Origin: Methanomassiliicoccales archaeon | Lineage (GTDB): Archaea > Thermoplasmatota > Thermoplasmata > Methanomassiliicoccales > UBA472 | Length of the DNA stretch: 64,000 nt | Direction of reading: 5' to 3' | NCBI GenBank assembly: GCA_040765825.1 | Contig: JAXGRO010000002.1 | Span: 10,293-74,292 of the forward strand | Part shown: positions 45,422 to 53,507 of the stretch, in pieces | Position numbering within the stretch: the stretch's first letter is position 1 | Layout of the letters: every line of letters starts with the position of its first letter | The notes under the pieces: generated by a model | Database searches by the model: none | What the model saw: only the letters and a program-made list of their open reading frames with translations | What the model was told of the DNA's origin: nothing | Position numbers and translations under genes: made by a program

Positions 45422-45531
45422 GGTATCAGGCGGGATGATGAAATTACTGCTATATTAGGGTTAGATACGCCGACAATATGCCGGACGGAGGACTGGCAGC
45501 CGGCATTCGGTCATGTGCTCCGGGAACATAC

Positions 45532-45540
45532 ATTTTATAG
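45532..45540 (+). promoter_or_regulatory. TATA box upstream of the PUA-PP-loop gene
   Basis: ATTTTATAG centred 28 nt upstream of ATG 45564. This supports 45564 over the ORF-track start at 45513. Confidence 0.4.
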
Positions 45541-45563
45541 GGGTTCCCGCACTAGCCGCAGGC

Positions 45564-47480
45564 ATGGCCCTGGTCCGCCTTGGTAAGATGCTCCTCCGAT
45601 GGTGCCGCGAATGCAACGTCCCGGTCCTGGAGGAGAGCGAATGCGCCAGATGCGGTTCCCCGACCGTGACGGTGGAGATGACCCCGCCGGGGGACGCCAG
45701 GCCGGCCTTCGCCTACGACCTGGACCTGGTCCGGAACATCCTGGACCGGCAGTTCGGAGAGGGTGCGGGAATGGCCCTCCTGCCCCAGGGCACGGTCTAC
45801 TTGATGAACAAGGTGCCGGGGCTGGACCGCATGGACGAGGTCATCGCCGACGGGGAGGTGGTGGCCACCCTGCGCTACGACCTGGGGCTGGGTTGGAGGG
45901 TGCTGCCGCGAATGAGCGCCGCGGCGCGGATGCTGCCGGCCTGCAGCAAGGCCCTGATCTGGGCGGACCAGGGTGCGGTAGGGCCGATCCTGGGATCGCA
46001 GAACCTCATGGTCCCCGGGGTGAGGAAGGCGGTCGGAGAGTTCGCCAGAGGCGACGAGGTCATCGTGGTGGACCCGGAGGGCAACGCCCTGGCCACCGGT
46101 GTCGCCCGCATGTCATCCGACGAGATGCGCATCGCGGAGAGGGGCGCGGCCATGAAGGTGCGCTGGTCGGCCCGCACCACCGCCCCGCCGGAGCGGAAGC
46201 GTTCCGATTGGGGGATGGCCATCGAGGCCAACTCCAGGATCATGGAGCGCAGGGTATGCGAGGCCGTGGACTTCGTGAGGCGCCTGACCGAGGAGCATTC
46301 CGGACTTCCGCAGGTGGTCTCCTTCTCCGGGGGAAAGGACAGTCTGGCCACCCTGCTGGTCACCCGTGAGGCGGGGCTGCGCCTTCCGGTGTTCTTCATA
46401 GACACCGGCCTGGAATTCCCGGAGACGGTGGAGTACGTGCACCGCCTGAAGGACGAACTGGACCTGGAACTGGTGGTCGGGAAGGCCGACAGCGAGGCCT
46501 TCTTCGGCAACCTGGACTTCTTCGGCCCCCCGGGTAAGGACTACCGCTGGTGCTGCAAGACCAACAAGCTGGGCCCCACCGTCAAGGCCATCGTCGAGCA
46601 TTACCCCGGAGGTTTGCTGTCCTTCATCGGGCAGCGCAGGTACGAGTCGGAGCAGCGGGCCTCCAAGCCCCGGGTGTGGAGGAACCCCTGGACCCCCGGG
46701 CAGATAGGCGCCTCGCCGATCCAGGACTGGACCTCGCTGCACGTCTGGCTACTGATCTTCAAGAGCGGGGTCAGCTTCAACCCCTGGTACGAGCACGGGC
46801 TGGACCGCATAGGCTGCTTCCTGTGCCCGGCCTCGGACATGGCCGAGCTGGACATCGCCCGCAGCAGCCCTTCCTACGAGCGCTGGGAGGCCTTCCTCAG
46901 CTCCTACGCCGAGCGCAAGGGCCTGGGGCCGGAATGGGTGGAGCACGGGCTGTGGCGCTGGAAGAAGGTGCCCCCCTCGGTGATGGAGGAGCTGAAGCGC
47001 AACATTCCCGGCTTCGAGCTGACCAGGAGGGAGGGGACCCGCACCGGCGAGGGCAACCTCAGGCTGAAGCTCCAGGACGGATTCTCGCCCTGCACCCTGG
47101 GATTCAGCATAGAGGGGGCGTTCTCCCGCGACCTGGACCTGGAACAGGTGGCCAGCGTGCTGAACATGGTGGGGGAGGTGGATATGGGGGAGGACGGCTG
47201 GTGCGCCGTCGGCAACGTCACCATCTTCCGCGAGGGGGCCCTGATGGCCAAGGGCAGGGACCAAGAGGAAATAAGAAAAAATGTGGAAAGGGTTCGCCGT
47301 GCGGTGGTTAAGGCCGAGGAATGCGTCGGTTGCGGAGTGTGCATCGCCAGATGCAAAGAGGGTGCACTTTTGCTGACGCAGGGCAGGGTCCGCGTTGACG
47401 CGGATAGATGCATCCATTGCGGGGAATGCTTCGAACCTTGCCCGGCGATCAGCTTCGGCGACGCCGCTTTTGACTTTTAA
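45564..47480 (+). CDS. zinc-ribbon / PUA domain / PAPS-reductase-like PP-loop ATPase / 2x[4Fe-4S] ferredoxin fusion protein
   Basis: CRECN...CARCG zinc ribbon; a PUA-like block (MVPGVRKAVGEFARGDEVIVVDPEGNALATGVARMSSDEM); PP-loop SFSGGKDS; RWCCKTNKL and GCFLCPA; and a C-terminal CVGCGVCIARC...CIHCGECFEPCP. Confidence 0.8.
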   Translation: MALVRLGKMLLRWCRECNVPVLEESECARCGSPTVTVEMTPPGDARPAFAYDLDLVRNILDRQFGEGAGMALLPQGTVYLMNKVPGLDRMDEVIADGEVVATLRYDLGLGWRVLPRMSAAARMLPACSKALIWADQGAVGPILGSQNLMVPGVRKAVGEFARGDEVIVVDPEGNALATGVARMSSDEMRIAERGAAMKVRWSARTTAPPERKRSDWGMAIEANSRIMERRVCEAVDFVRRLTEEHSGLPQVVSFSGGKDSLATLLVTREAGLRLPVFFIDTGLEFPETVEYVHRLKDELDLELVVGKADSEAFFGNLDFFGPPGKDYRWCCKTNKLGPTVKAIVEHYPGGLLSFIGQRRYESEQRASKPRVWRNPWTPGQIGASPIQDWTSLHVWLLIFKSGVSFNPWYEHGLDRIGCFLCPASDMAELDIARSSPSYERWEAFLSSYAERKGLGPEWVEHGLWRWKKVPPSVMEELKRNIPGFELTRREGTRTGEGNLRLKLQDGFSPCTLGFSIEGAFSRDLDLEQVASVLNMVGEVDMGEDGWCAVGNVTIFREGALMAKGRDQEEIRKNVERVRRAVVKAEECVGCGVCIARCKEGALLLTQGRVRVDADRCIHCGECFEPCPAISFGDAAFDF

Positions 47481-47549
47481 TGGCCACCGGCAACGTTAAG
47501 TGGACGGTGACCTGGTCGGTCGGCGCAGCCCTCGTTGACCCCCTCCGCA

Positions 47550-48788
47550 TCAGCGCACGAAGTCGATGTCGTCGTCCCGGCCCCGCCTCTGCTGGTAGGG
47601 CTGCTGGTACTGCTGCTGGGGCTGGTGGTACTGCTGTTGCTGCGGGTACCCCTGGTTGTTGGACATGCCCACCGGTGCGCCGCGGCTGCCGATTATGTAC
47701 TTGGACTTGGCGCCGGTGACGATGAGCAGGACCTTGACCACTCCCTCCAGCTCGGGGTCGATGGAGCATCCCCATATGATGCGGGCGCGCGGGGAAACGC
47801 TGTTGGTGACTATCTCCGCGACGCGCTGGGCCTCGCCCACGGTCATGTCCGGGCCTCCGACCACGCGGATCAGGGCGCCCTTGGCCTCCTTGAGCTCTAT
47901 CTCGCCGAGCATGGGGGAGGTCAGCGCCTCGTGCACCGCGGACTTCACGCGGTCGTCCTCGTCGCTGTTCCCTTCGCCAATTCCAACGAAGGCCACGCCG
48001 CCCTCGTTCATGACGGTCATTATGTCGGCGTAGTCCAGGTTGACCAGGCCGGGCTTGGTGATTATCTCGGTCAGCCCCTTTATGGTCTGCATCAGCACCT
48101 CGTCGGCCACCTTGAAGGCGGCGTCGACCGGCAGCTTGGGCACCAGCTCCAGGAGCTTGTCGTTCGGGATGACGATGGTGGTGTCGCAGATCAGCCTCAT
48201 CTTGTTGAGGCCGTCCAGGGCGTTCTCCATGCGCACAGTTCCTTCGGCCTTGAAGGGCAGGGTGACCACGCCGATGGTCAGCGCGCGCACCTGCTCCTTG
48301 GCGATCCTCGCGACATAGTGCGCGGAACCGGTTCCCGTTCCTCCGCCCATGCCTGCGGTGACGAAAACGATGTTCGAGCCGTTCAGGAACTCCCTGATCT
48401 CGCCGTCGCTCTCCCGGGCGGCGGCCTCTCCCATCTCCGGCTTTGCTCCGGCCCCGAGTCCACGGGTGGCGGTGCGGCCGATGAGTATCTTGCGCGGGGC
48501 CTTGACCGTCAGCAGGTGCTTGGCGTCGGTGTTTATGGCGCAGAGCTGCGCCCCGTTGATGTTGGCCTCCCAGCAGCGGTTTATGGTGTTGCAACCGCCG
48601 CCCCCGCAGCCGATGATCTTGATGCAGACATCCAGCTGGGCGGCGATCTTCTCCAGCTCCTCATCGATGTTGGATTTGGGGGCTGGCTGGGACTGGACCG
48701 GCTCCTGCTTGACAGGCTCGGCCTTTCCGTTCTGTGCGCTCTCGTACTTAGTGTTCGCTAAAGCATTCTTAACCAAAGAACTGGTCAT
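47550..48788 (-). CDS. ftsZ: cell division protein FtsZ
   Basis: Tubulin signature GGGTGTGS plus NTDAKHL, followed by a Gln-rich linker and a C-terminal DDDIDFVR peptide. Confidence 0.97.
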   Translation of the reverse strand: MTSSLVKNALANTKYESAQNGKAEPVKQEPVQSQPAPKSNIDEELEKIAAQLDVCIKIIGCGGGGCNTINRCWEANINGAQLCAINTDAKHLLTVKAPRKILIGRTATRGLGAGAKPEMGEAAARESDGEIREFLNGSNIVFVTAGMGGGTGTGSAHYVARIAKEQVRALTIGVVTLPFKAEGTVRMENALDGLNKMRLICDTTIVIPNDKLLELVPKLPVDAAFKVADEVLMQTIKGLTEIITKPGLVNLDYADIMTVMNEGGVAFVGIGEGNSDEDDRVKSAVHEALTSPMLGEIELKEAKGALIRVVGGPDMTVGEAQRVAEIVTNSVSPRARIIWGCSIDPELEGVVKVLLIVTGAKSKYIIGSRGAPVGMSNNQGYPQQQQYHQPQQQYQQPYQQRRGRDDDIDFVR

Positions 48789-48898
48789 AAGTGCATCCCT
48801 CTGCTAACTATAACGAAAAACGCAAATATAAATGTTACTGAATTTTAAAAACCTGGACATGGGATGACGGATGTCAGACGTGAGCACCTTTGACAGGC

Positions 48899-50086
48899 TC
48901 ACAGCACCGCGGAGGGCCAGGAGACCGTGGCGATGCTGGGGGACCCTTCCAGGTCCCGGAAGTAGGTCACGTACAGCTCCTCTGCCACCTTGGGCAGGGG
49001 TTCTGAGATGAGCTTGAGGCAGGTCAGCCCCACGGTGTACAGGGCGAACAGCAGGGAAGCGTCCCCGGCCTCAAGACGGTCCTGGGCCTTGTCCCGGATG
49101 TAGGGGAACAGCTCGTCCCTCAGGAAGGAGTCCACCAGTTCGATGACCTCCTCCTTGCGCTCGGTGACCGACATGGTGGTGCCGGCCCCCACCAGCTCCT
49201 TGAGGCGGGCGAACACCCATACATCCATTCCGCTCAGCCGTTCCAGGGACACGTGCGGGGGGTCGTTGATCTGCCCCTTCACCGTGACACCCAGGGCGCG
49301 CAGCTGGTCGATCAGCTGCACCTCGCGCATGCGGTCCTCGATGAGGTCTTTGGTGAACTCGAAGCGGCGCTGCTTGTTGGCCCGGGAGGCCACGCGGAGC
49401 GATTCCTCGATGCGCCCGCTCATCATGCCCAGCTTGGAGAGCTCCGGGGTGATCTTGAGCATCTCGGCCAGGTAGTTCTTCATGGTCTCCACGGACCGGT
49501 AGCGGTGCTTGATCAGCTCCAGGACCAGGGCCACGTCCTCGTAGGCCTTGGCGGTCTCGCCCTCCAGCAGTGTGACCTTCACCAGATCGGCCAGGGTCAC
49601 TATGTCCTCCACAAATATGTCCCGGCTGCGGGCCAGGTTGATCATTAGCACCGCCTGCTCGTAGTCCGCGGCGAACCTGGAGGCCTCCTCGCCCCAGAGC
49701 TCGATCATCATGGCCCGCACGCCCTTGCGGACCTCCTGGTCCTTGTTGGAGAGGTTCTCCAGCACCGCGGCCTTCCCCTCGCGGGTGGCGGTGATCTCCC
49801 GCAACAGGCGCATGACCGACTCCCTGGCCGTGTCGTTCCTGACCTCGGTGTAGCGCAGAAGCACGCCCACCATTCCCTCGGGGTCCTCCTCGGCGACCCC
49901 CATGATGCGGGACTCCATCCTCCTCCTCTCGATGGAGAGAGGGGAGGAGAGCGAATCGACCAGAATGGCGTCGATGCGGTCGGCCTCGGTCCTCGCCTTT
50001 GCGGATATCGGGAGAACGCTGCGCAGCGAGACAGGGGCCATGGCAGGTATTATGAGAACGGCGTAATAAATCCTTTCCCAGACCAC
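48899..50086 (-). CDS. all-helical (HEAT/ARM-like) hypothetical protein
   Basis: 395-aa ORF with protein-like composition and an amphipathic helical pattern. No family recognised; start uncertain. Confidence 0.6.
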   Translation of the reverse strand: MVWERIYYAVLIIPAMAPVSLRSVLPISAKARTEADRIDAILVDSLSSPLSIERRRMESRIMGVAEEDPEGMVGVLLRYTEVRNDTARESVMRLLREITATREGKAAVLENLSNKDQEVRKGVRAMMIELWGEEASRFAADYEQAVLMINLARSRDIFVEDIVTLADLVKVTLLEGETAKAYEDVALVLELIKHRYRSVETMKNYLAEMLKITPELSKLGMMSGRIEESLRVASRANKQRRFEFTKDLIEDRMREVQLIDQLRALGVTVKGQINDPPHVSLERLSGMDVWVFARLKELVGAGTTMSVTERKEEVIELVDSFLRDELFPYIRDKAQDRLEAGDASLLFALYTVGLTCLKLISEPLPKVAEELYVTYFRDLEGSPSIATVSWPSAVL

Positions 50087-50170
50087 GCCGAACCTGAACG
50101 GGAAGGTGATGCTGATTGGGCAAAGGTTTTATTTGGCCTTCTCATATTTGTCCCCAATAGGGGGAGGAAG

Positions 50171-50509
50171 ATGGAAGAGAAGGATTTTGAAACGATTATT
50201 GCCAAGGTTTCCTCCGTTGAGAACGTGATCTCCGCCTACATCTGTTCGCGCGCGGGCAACTTCGTGGCGGGTTCCACGCCCAAGTTCGCTGACCGCGGCA
50301 TGTATTCGGCAATAACCTCGCTGGCCTACGGCACAGCGGAACAGGTCGGGCATGAGATGAACGATTACCTGAGCTATGTCTCCATGCGCTTCACCGGAAA
50401 GAACCTGCTGGTCATCGGACTGGGGCCGCGGCACCTGATGGGTGTCCTTATTGATGGGCCCGCCGATCCCGAGTCGGTGCTGCAGAAGGTGCGACCGTTG
50501 GTGCAGTGA
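50171..50509 (+). CDS. Roadblock/LC7 (MglB-like) domain protein
   Basis: 112 aa. The pattern (V..A.I....G..VA......D....SA..S.....A......) and size are typical of Roadblock/LC7. Confidence 0.7.
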   Translation: MEEKDFETIIAKVSSVENVISAYICSRAGNFVAGSTPKFADRGMYSAITSLAYGTAEQVGHEMNDYLSYVSMRFTGKNLLVIGLGPRHLMGVLIDGPADPESVLQKVRPLVQ

Positions 50510-50512
50510 CCG

Positions 50513-51175
50513 TCACATCCTCTTGAACCCGCGGCCCAGCCATTCCCCGATGCACTTGATCCCGTAGCCCAGGGTGTCGGTCTTGGGGCGGTGCCGGCCG
50601 CCGGTCGAACCGTTGCCGGAGAGAACGTCCCGGATGACCTCCTCCGCGGAATAGCAGTCCCGGCTGCTTAGATAATAGGCCTTTCCGACCGTGTCGGGCT
50701 CGTGGGAGTCGCTCCCGGCGGTAAATGGCTTGCACATGCTCACCGCCAGCTTGGCCGCCAGTTCATTGTGGGAGCGGGTGGACCGGGCGTTGTGCACCTC
50801 GATGGCGTCGAAGTCGTTGGCCCGGGTGACCTCCTCCCCCAGTCCCGACCAGACCCGGTAAGGGTGGGCGGCCACGGCTATGCCCCCCTGGGCCCGGATG
50901 AGATCGATGGTCTCCCCCACCTCCAGGTCCCTGGGTATCTCCTCGTGCACGTTGTAAGCCAGAATATGCCCCCTGGCCGAAGAGACCTCCATGCCCGGGA
51001 TGATCAGTATGTCCTCCCTCTTCAGGGACACTGCATAGCGGGACCCGCCCAGGGAGTTGTGGTCCATGATGGCCACCCCGCCCAGCCCGGCTCGCACGCA
51101 GGCCTCGAGGACCTCCTCCACCGCGCTGTGGGAGTCCCCGGAATGGCTGGTGTGCACGTGCAGGTCGAACCTCAT
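50513..51175 (-). CDS. PHP-domain metal-dependent phosphoesterase
   Basis: MRFDLHVHTSHSGDS, DHN and GSDSH metal-ligand motifs. The ATG at 51175 overlaps the metG stop (ATGA). Confidence 0.85.
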   Translation of the reverse strand: MRFDLHVHTSHSGDSHSAVEEVLEACVRAGLGGVAIMDHNSLGGSRYAVSLKREDILIIPGMEVSSARGHILAYNVHEEIPRDLEVGETIDLIRAQGGIAVAAHPYRVWSGLGEEVTRANDFDAIEVHNARSTRSHNELAAKLAVSMCKPFTAGSDSHEPDTVGKAYYLSSRDCYSAEEVIRDVLSGNGSTGGRHRPKTDTLGYGIKCIGEWLGRGFKRM

Positions 51176-53391
51176 CTCACTTTCGCCCCGTTCTCCAGCT
51201 CCCCGTCCACGCCGATGCTGACCTTCCTCTCGGTGAACAGGGGAAGGGCCGCCTCGGAACCTTCGTTGGGCAGGAAGAAGGCCGCCTGCCTGCCCTTGAT
51301 CAATCCGGAGGTGTCGGCCCTGACCTTCCTTCCGAGGTCGGCCTCCTGGTCGTTGAGCACCGTCCCGGTCCTCAGGGTGAAGGCCTGGAACTCCTGGAAG
51401 GTCAGGACCTTGGTCCCGGAGCCCATTCCGCTGTTGACCCTGTCGCCAGGTTCCGCCGGACCGGAGGGGGTGAGCACCTTGACCTGGTCCCCGGCCTCCG
51501 CGGCCAGGACCATTCCCTGGGAATCCATGCCCCGCAGCTTGGCCGGCTGCAGGTTGCTGATGACCACCACCTTCTTCCCGGTCAGCTCCTCCTTGCTGTA
51601 GAAGGCCTTCAGCCCGGCGACCAGCTGTATCGGCCGGCCTATGTCCACCTTGAGCACCATGAGCTTGTCGGCGTTGGGATGGTCCGCCGCCGATTCTATG
51701 AGGCCGACGCGGAGGTCCAGCGATTCGAACCCGGCGAAGGCGGACTCCTCCCTCTGGATCTCCACCTTGCGGTACAGGGGCTTGGGTTCCGGGAGCGCCC
51801 GGCCGACGTTCAGGGGCTGCATTATGCAGTTCCAGGAACCTGAGCCGATGCTGCCATCGTTGGCCAGGTAACCCCACAGCCTCTGGGAGCTGAAGGGCAG
51901 GTAGGGGTGGGCCAGCACCGCCAGGGCCTGGACGATGCGCATGTTCAGGTGCAGCACCCCGCCGCACTTCCCCCGGTCGGTCTTGATCAGGCTCCAGGGG
52001 GCGCAGGAATCGAAGAAGCGGTTCCCGAACTGGGCCAGGTCCATAACCGCCTTGATGCCCTTCTTGAACTGGCAGGTGGCGATGAAGCTGTCGACCTCCA
52101 CCATGGCCTGGGATATGGCCTCCCGAACCTGGGCCTCCTCCTCGCCGAGGGCATCGCCCAGCGGGGGCACCTCGTGGAAGTTCTTGTGGGTGAAGCTGAG
52201 CACCCGGTGGAAGTAGTTGCCCAGGGTGGCCACCAGTTCGTTGTTGACCTTGGTCTCGAAGTCCTCCCAGGAGAAGTCGGCGTCCTTGCCCTCGGGCATG
52301 TTGGCCGCCAGATAGTAGCGCAGCAGGTCCGGCTCGAACATCTTCAGGATGCTGGGGATGTCGATGCTCGGACCCTTGCTCTTGGAGAGCTTCTCCCCCT
52401 TGAAGGTCAGGAACTCGTTGGCCGGCACATCGTAGGGCAGGTTGAGGCCGTCGTAGCCCATGAGTATGGACGGCCATATGATGGTGTGGAAGGGTATGTT
52501 GTCCTTCCCCAGGAAGTAGTAACCCTTGACCTCAGGGTCTGTCCAGAACTCCTTCCAGGCCTCCGGGTCCCCGGTGGCCCGGGCCCACTCCTTGCTCGCA
52601 GACAGGTATCCGATCACCGCCTCGAACCAGACGTATATGACCTTTCCCTCGGAACCGGGCAGGGGCACCGGAACGCCCCAGGACATGTCCCTGGTGATCG
52701 CGCGGTCCTTGAGACCGGCCTCCAGCCAGTTCTGGGTGAAGAGCTGGACGTTGGAGCGCCAGTGCTCGCTTCCCCTTACGTATGAGAGCAGCGGGTCCTC
52801 GAAATCGGTGAGCTTGAAGAAGTAATGCTGGGTACCCCTCATCTCCGGCCGGGAGCGGCAGTTGATGCATACCGGGTCGGCTATCTCCCCCACCTCGAAG
52901 GTGGTGCCGCACCGATCGCACTGGTCGCTGCGGCTGCTCTCGTTCCCGCACTTGACACACCTCCCCTCCACGTAGCGGTCCGGCAGGAACCTCCCGCAGC
53001 TGGGGCAGTAGTATTGCAGGGTCTCCCTCTGCTCCAGATGCCCCTTCTCCATAAGGCGGAGGAAGATGTCGTGCACCACCTGGATGTGGTTCTCGGTATG
53101 GGTCTTGGTGAAGAGGGAGAACTCGATGCCCAGGTCCTCGATGGCCTTCTTGTTGATCTCGTGATAGCGGTCCGCCACCGCCTGGGGGGTCAGGCCCTCC
53201 TTGTCCGCCCGAACGGTCACCGGGGTGCCGTGCTGGTCGGAGCCGGAGACCATGAGCACCTTCCGGCCGCGCAGGCGGTGGTAACGGGAGAAGATGTCCG
53301 GAGGGAGCAATGAACCGGCCACGTGCCCCAGGTGGATCGCGCTGTTGGCATAGGGCCAGGCCACGCCTATGAATACCTTGGATGGGTCCAT
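51172..53391 (-). CDS. metG: methionine--tRNA ligase with C-terminal tRNA-binding (Trbp111/EMAP-like) domain
   Basis: HIGH (NSAIHLGH), KMSKS (KLSKSKG) and zinc knuckles CPSCG/CVKCG/CDRCG/CINC. A GGTTATATCC TATA is centred 26 nt upstream of ATG 53391; the longest ORF uses GTG 53445. Confidence 0.95.
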   Translation of the reverse strand: MDPSKVFIGVAWPYANSAIHLGHVAGSLLPPDIFSRYHRLRGRKVLMVSGSDQHGTPVTVRADKEGLTPQAVADRYHEINKKAIEDLGIEFSLFTKTHTENHIQVVHDIFLRLMEKGHLEQRETLQYYCPSCGRFLPDRYVEGRCVKCGNESSRSDQCDRCGTTFEVGEIADPVCINCRSRPEMRGTQHYFFKLTDFEDPLLSYVRGSEHWRSNVQLFTQNWLEAGLKDRAITRDMSWGVPVPLPGSEGKVIYVWFEAVIGYLSASKEWARATGDPEAWKEFWTDPEVKGYYFLGKDNIPFHTIIWPSILMGYDGLNLPYDVPANEFLTFKGEKLSKSKGPSIDIPSILKMFEPDLLRYYLAANMPEGKDADFSWEDFETKVNNELVATLGNYFHRVLSFTHKNFHEVPPLGDALGEEEAQVREAISQAMVEVDSFIATCQFKKGIKAVMDLAQFGNRFFDSCAPWSLIKTDRGKCGGVLHLNMRIVQALAVLAHPYLPFSSQRLWGYLANDGSIGSGSWNCIMQPLNVGRALPEPKPLYRKVEIQREESAFAGFESLDLRVGLIESAADHPNADKLMVLKVDIGRPIQLVAGLKAFYSKEELTGKKVVVISNLQPAKLRGMDSQGMVLAAEAGDQVKVLTPSGPAEPGDRVNSGMGSGTKVLTFQEFQAFTLRTGTVLNDQEADLGRKVRADTSGLIKGRQAAFFLPNEGSEAALPLFTERKVSIGVDGELENGAKVR

Positions 53392-53507
53392 CGCCCGAGG
53401 AATAGGTTTTCCGGATATAACCTTGCCGTCAAAGGAATAATGCACAGTTTTTTATAATCATAAATCAAACTTTTTACGAACCATCGTTAAGATGGCGGGG
53501 TGATCAA

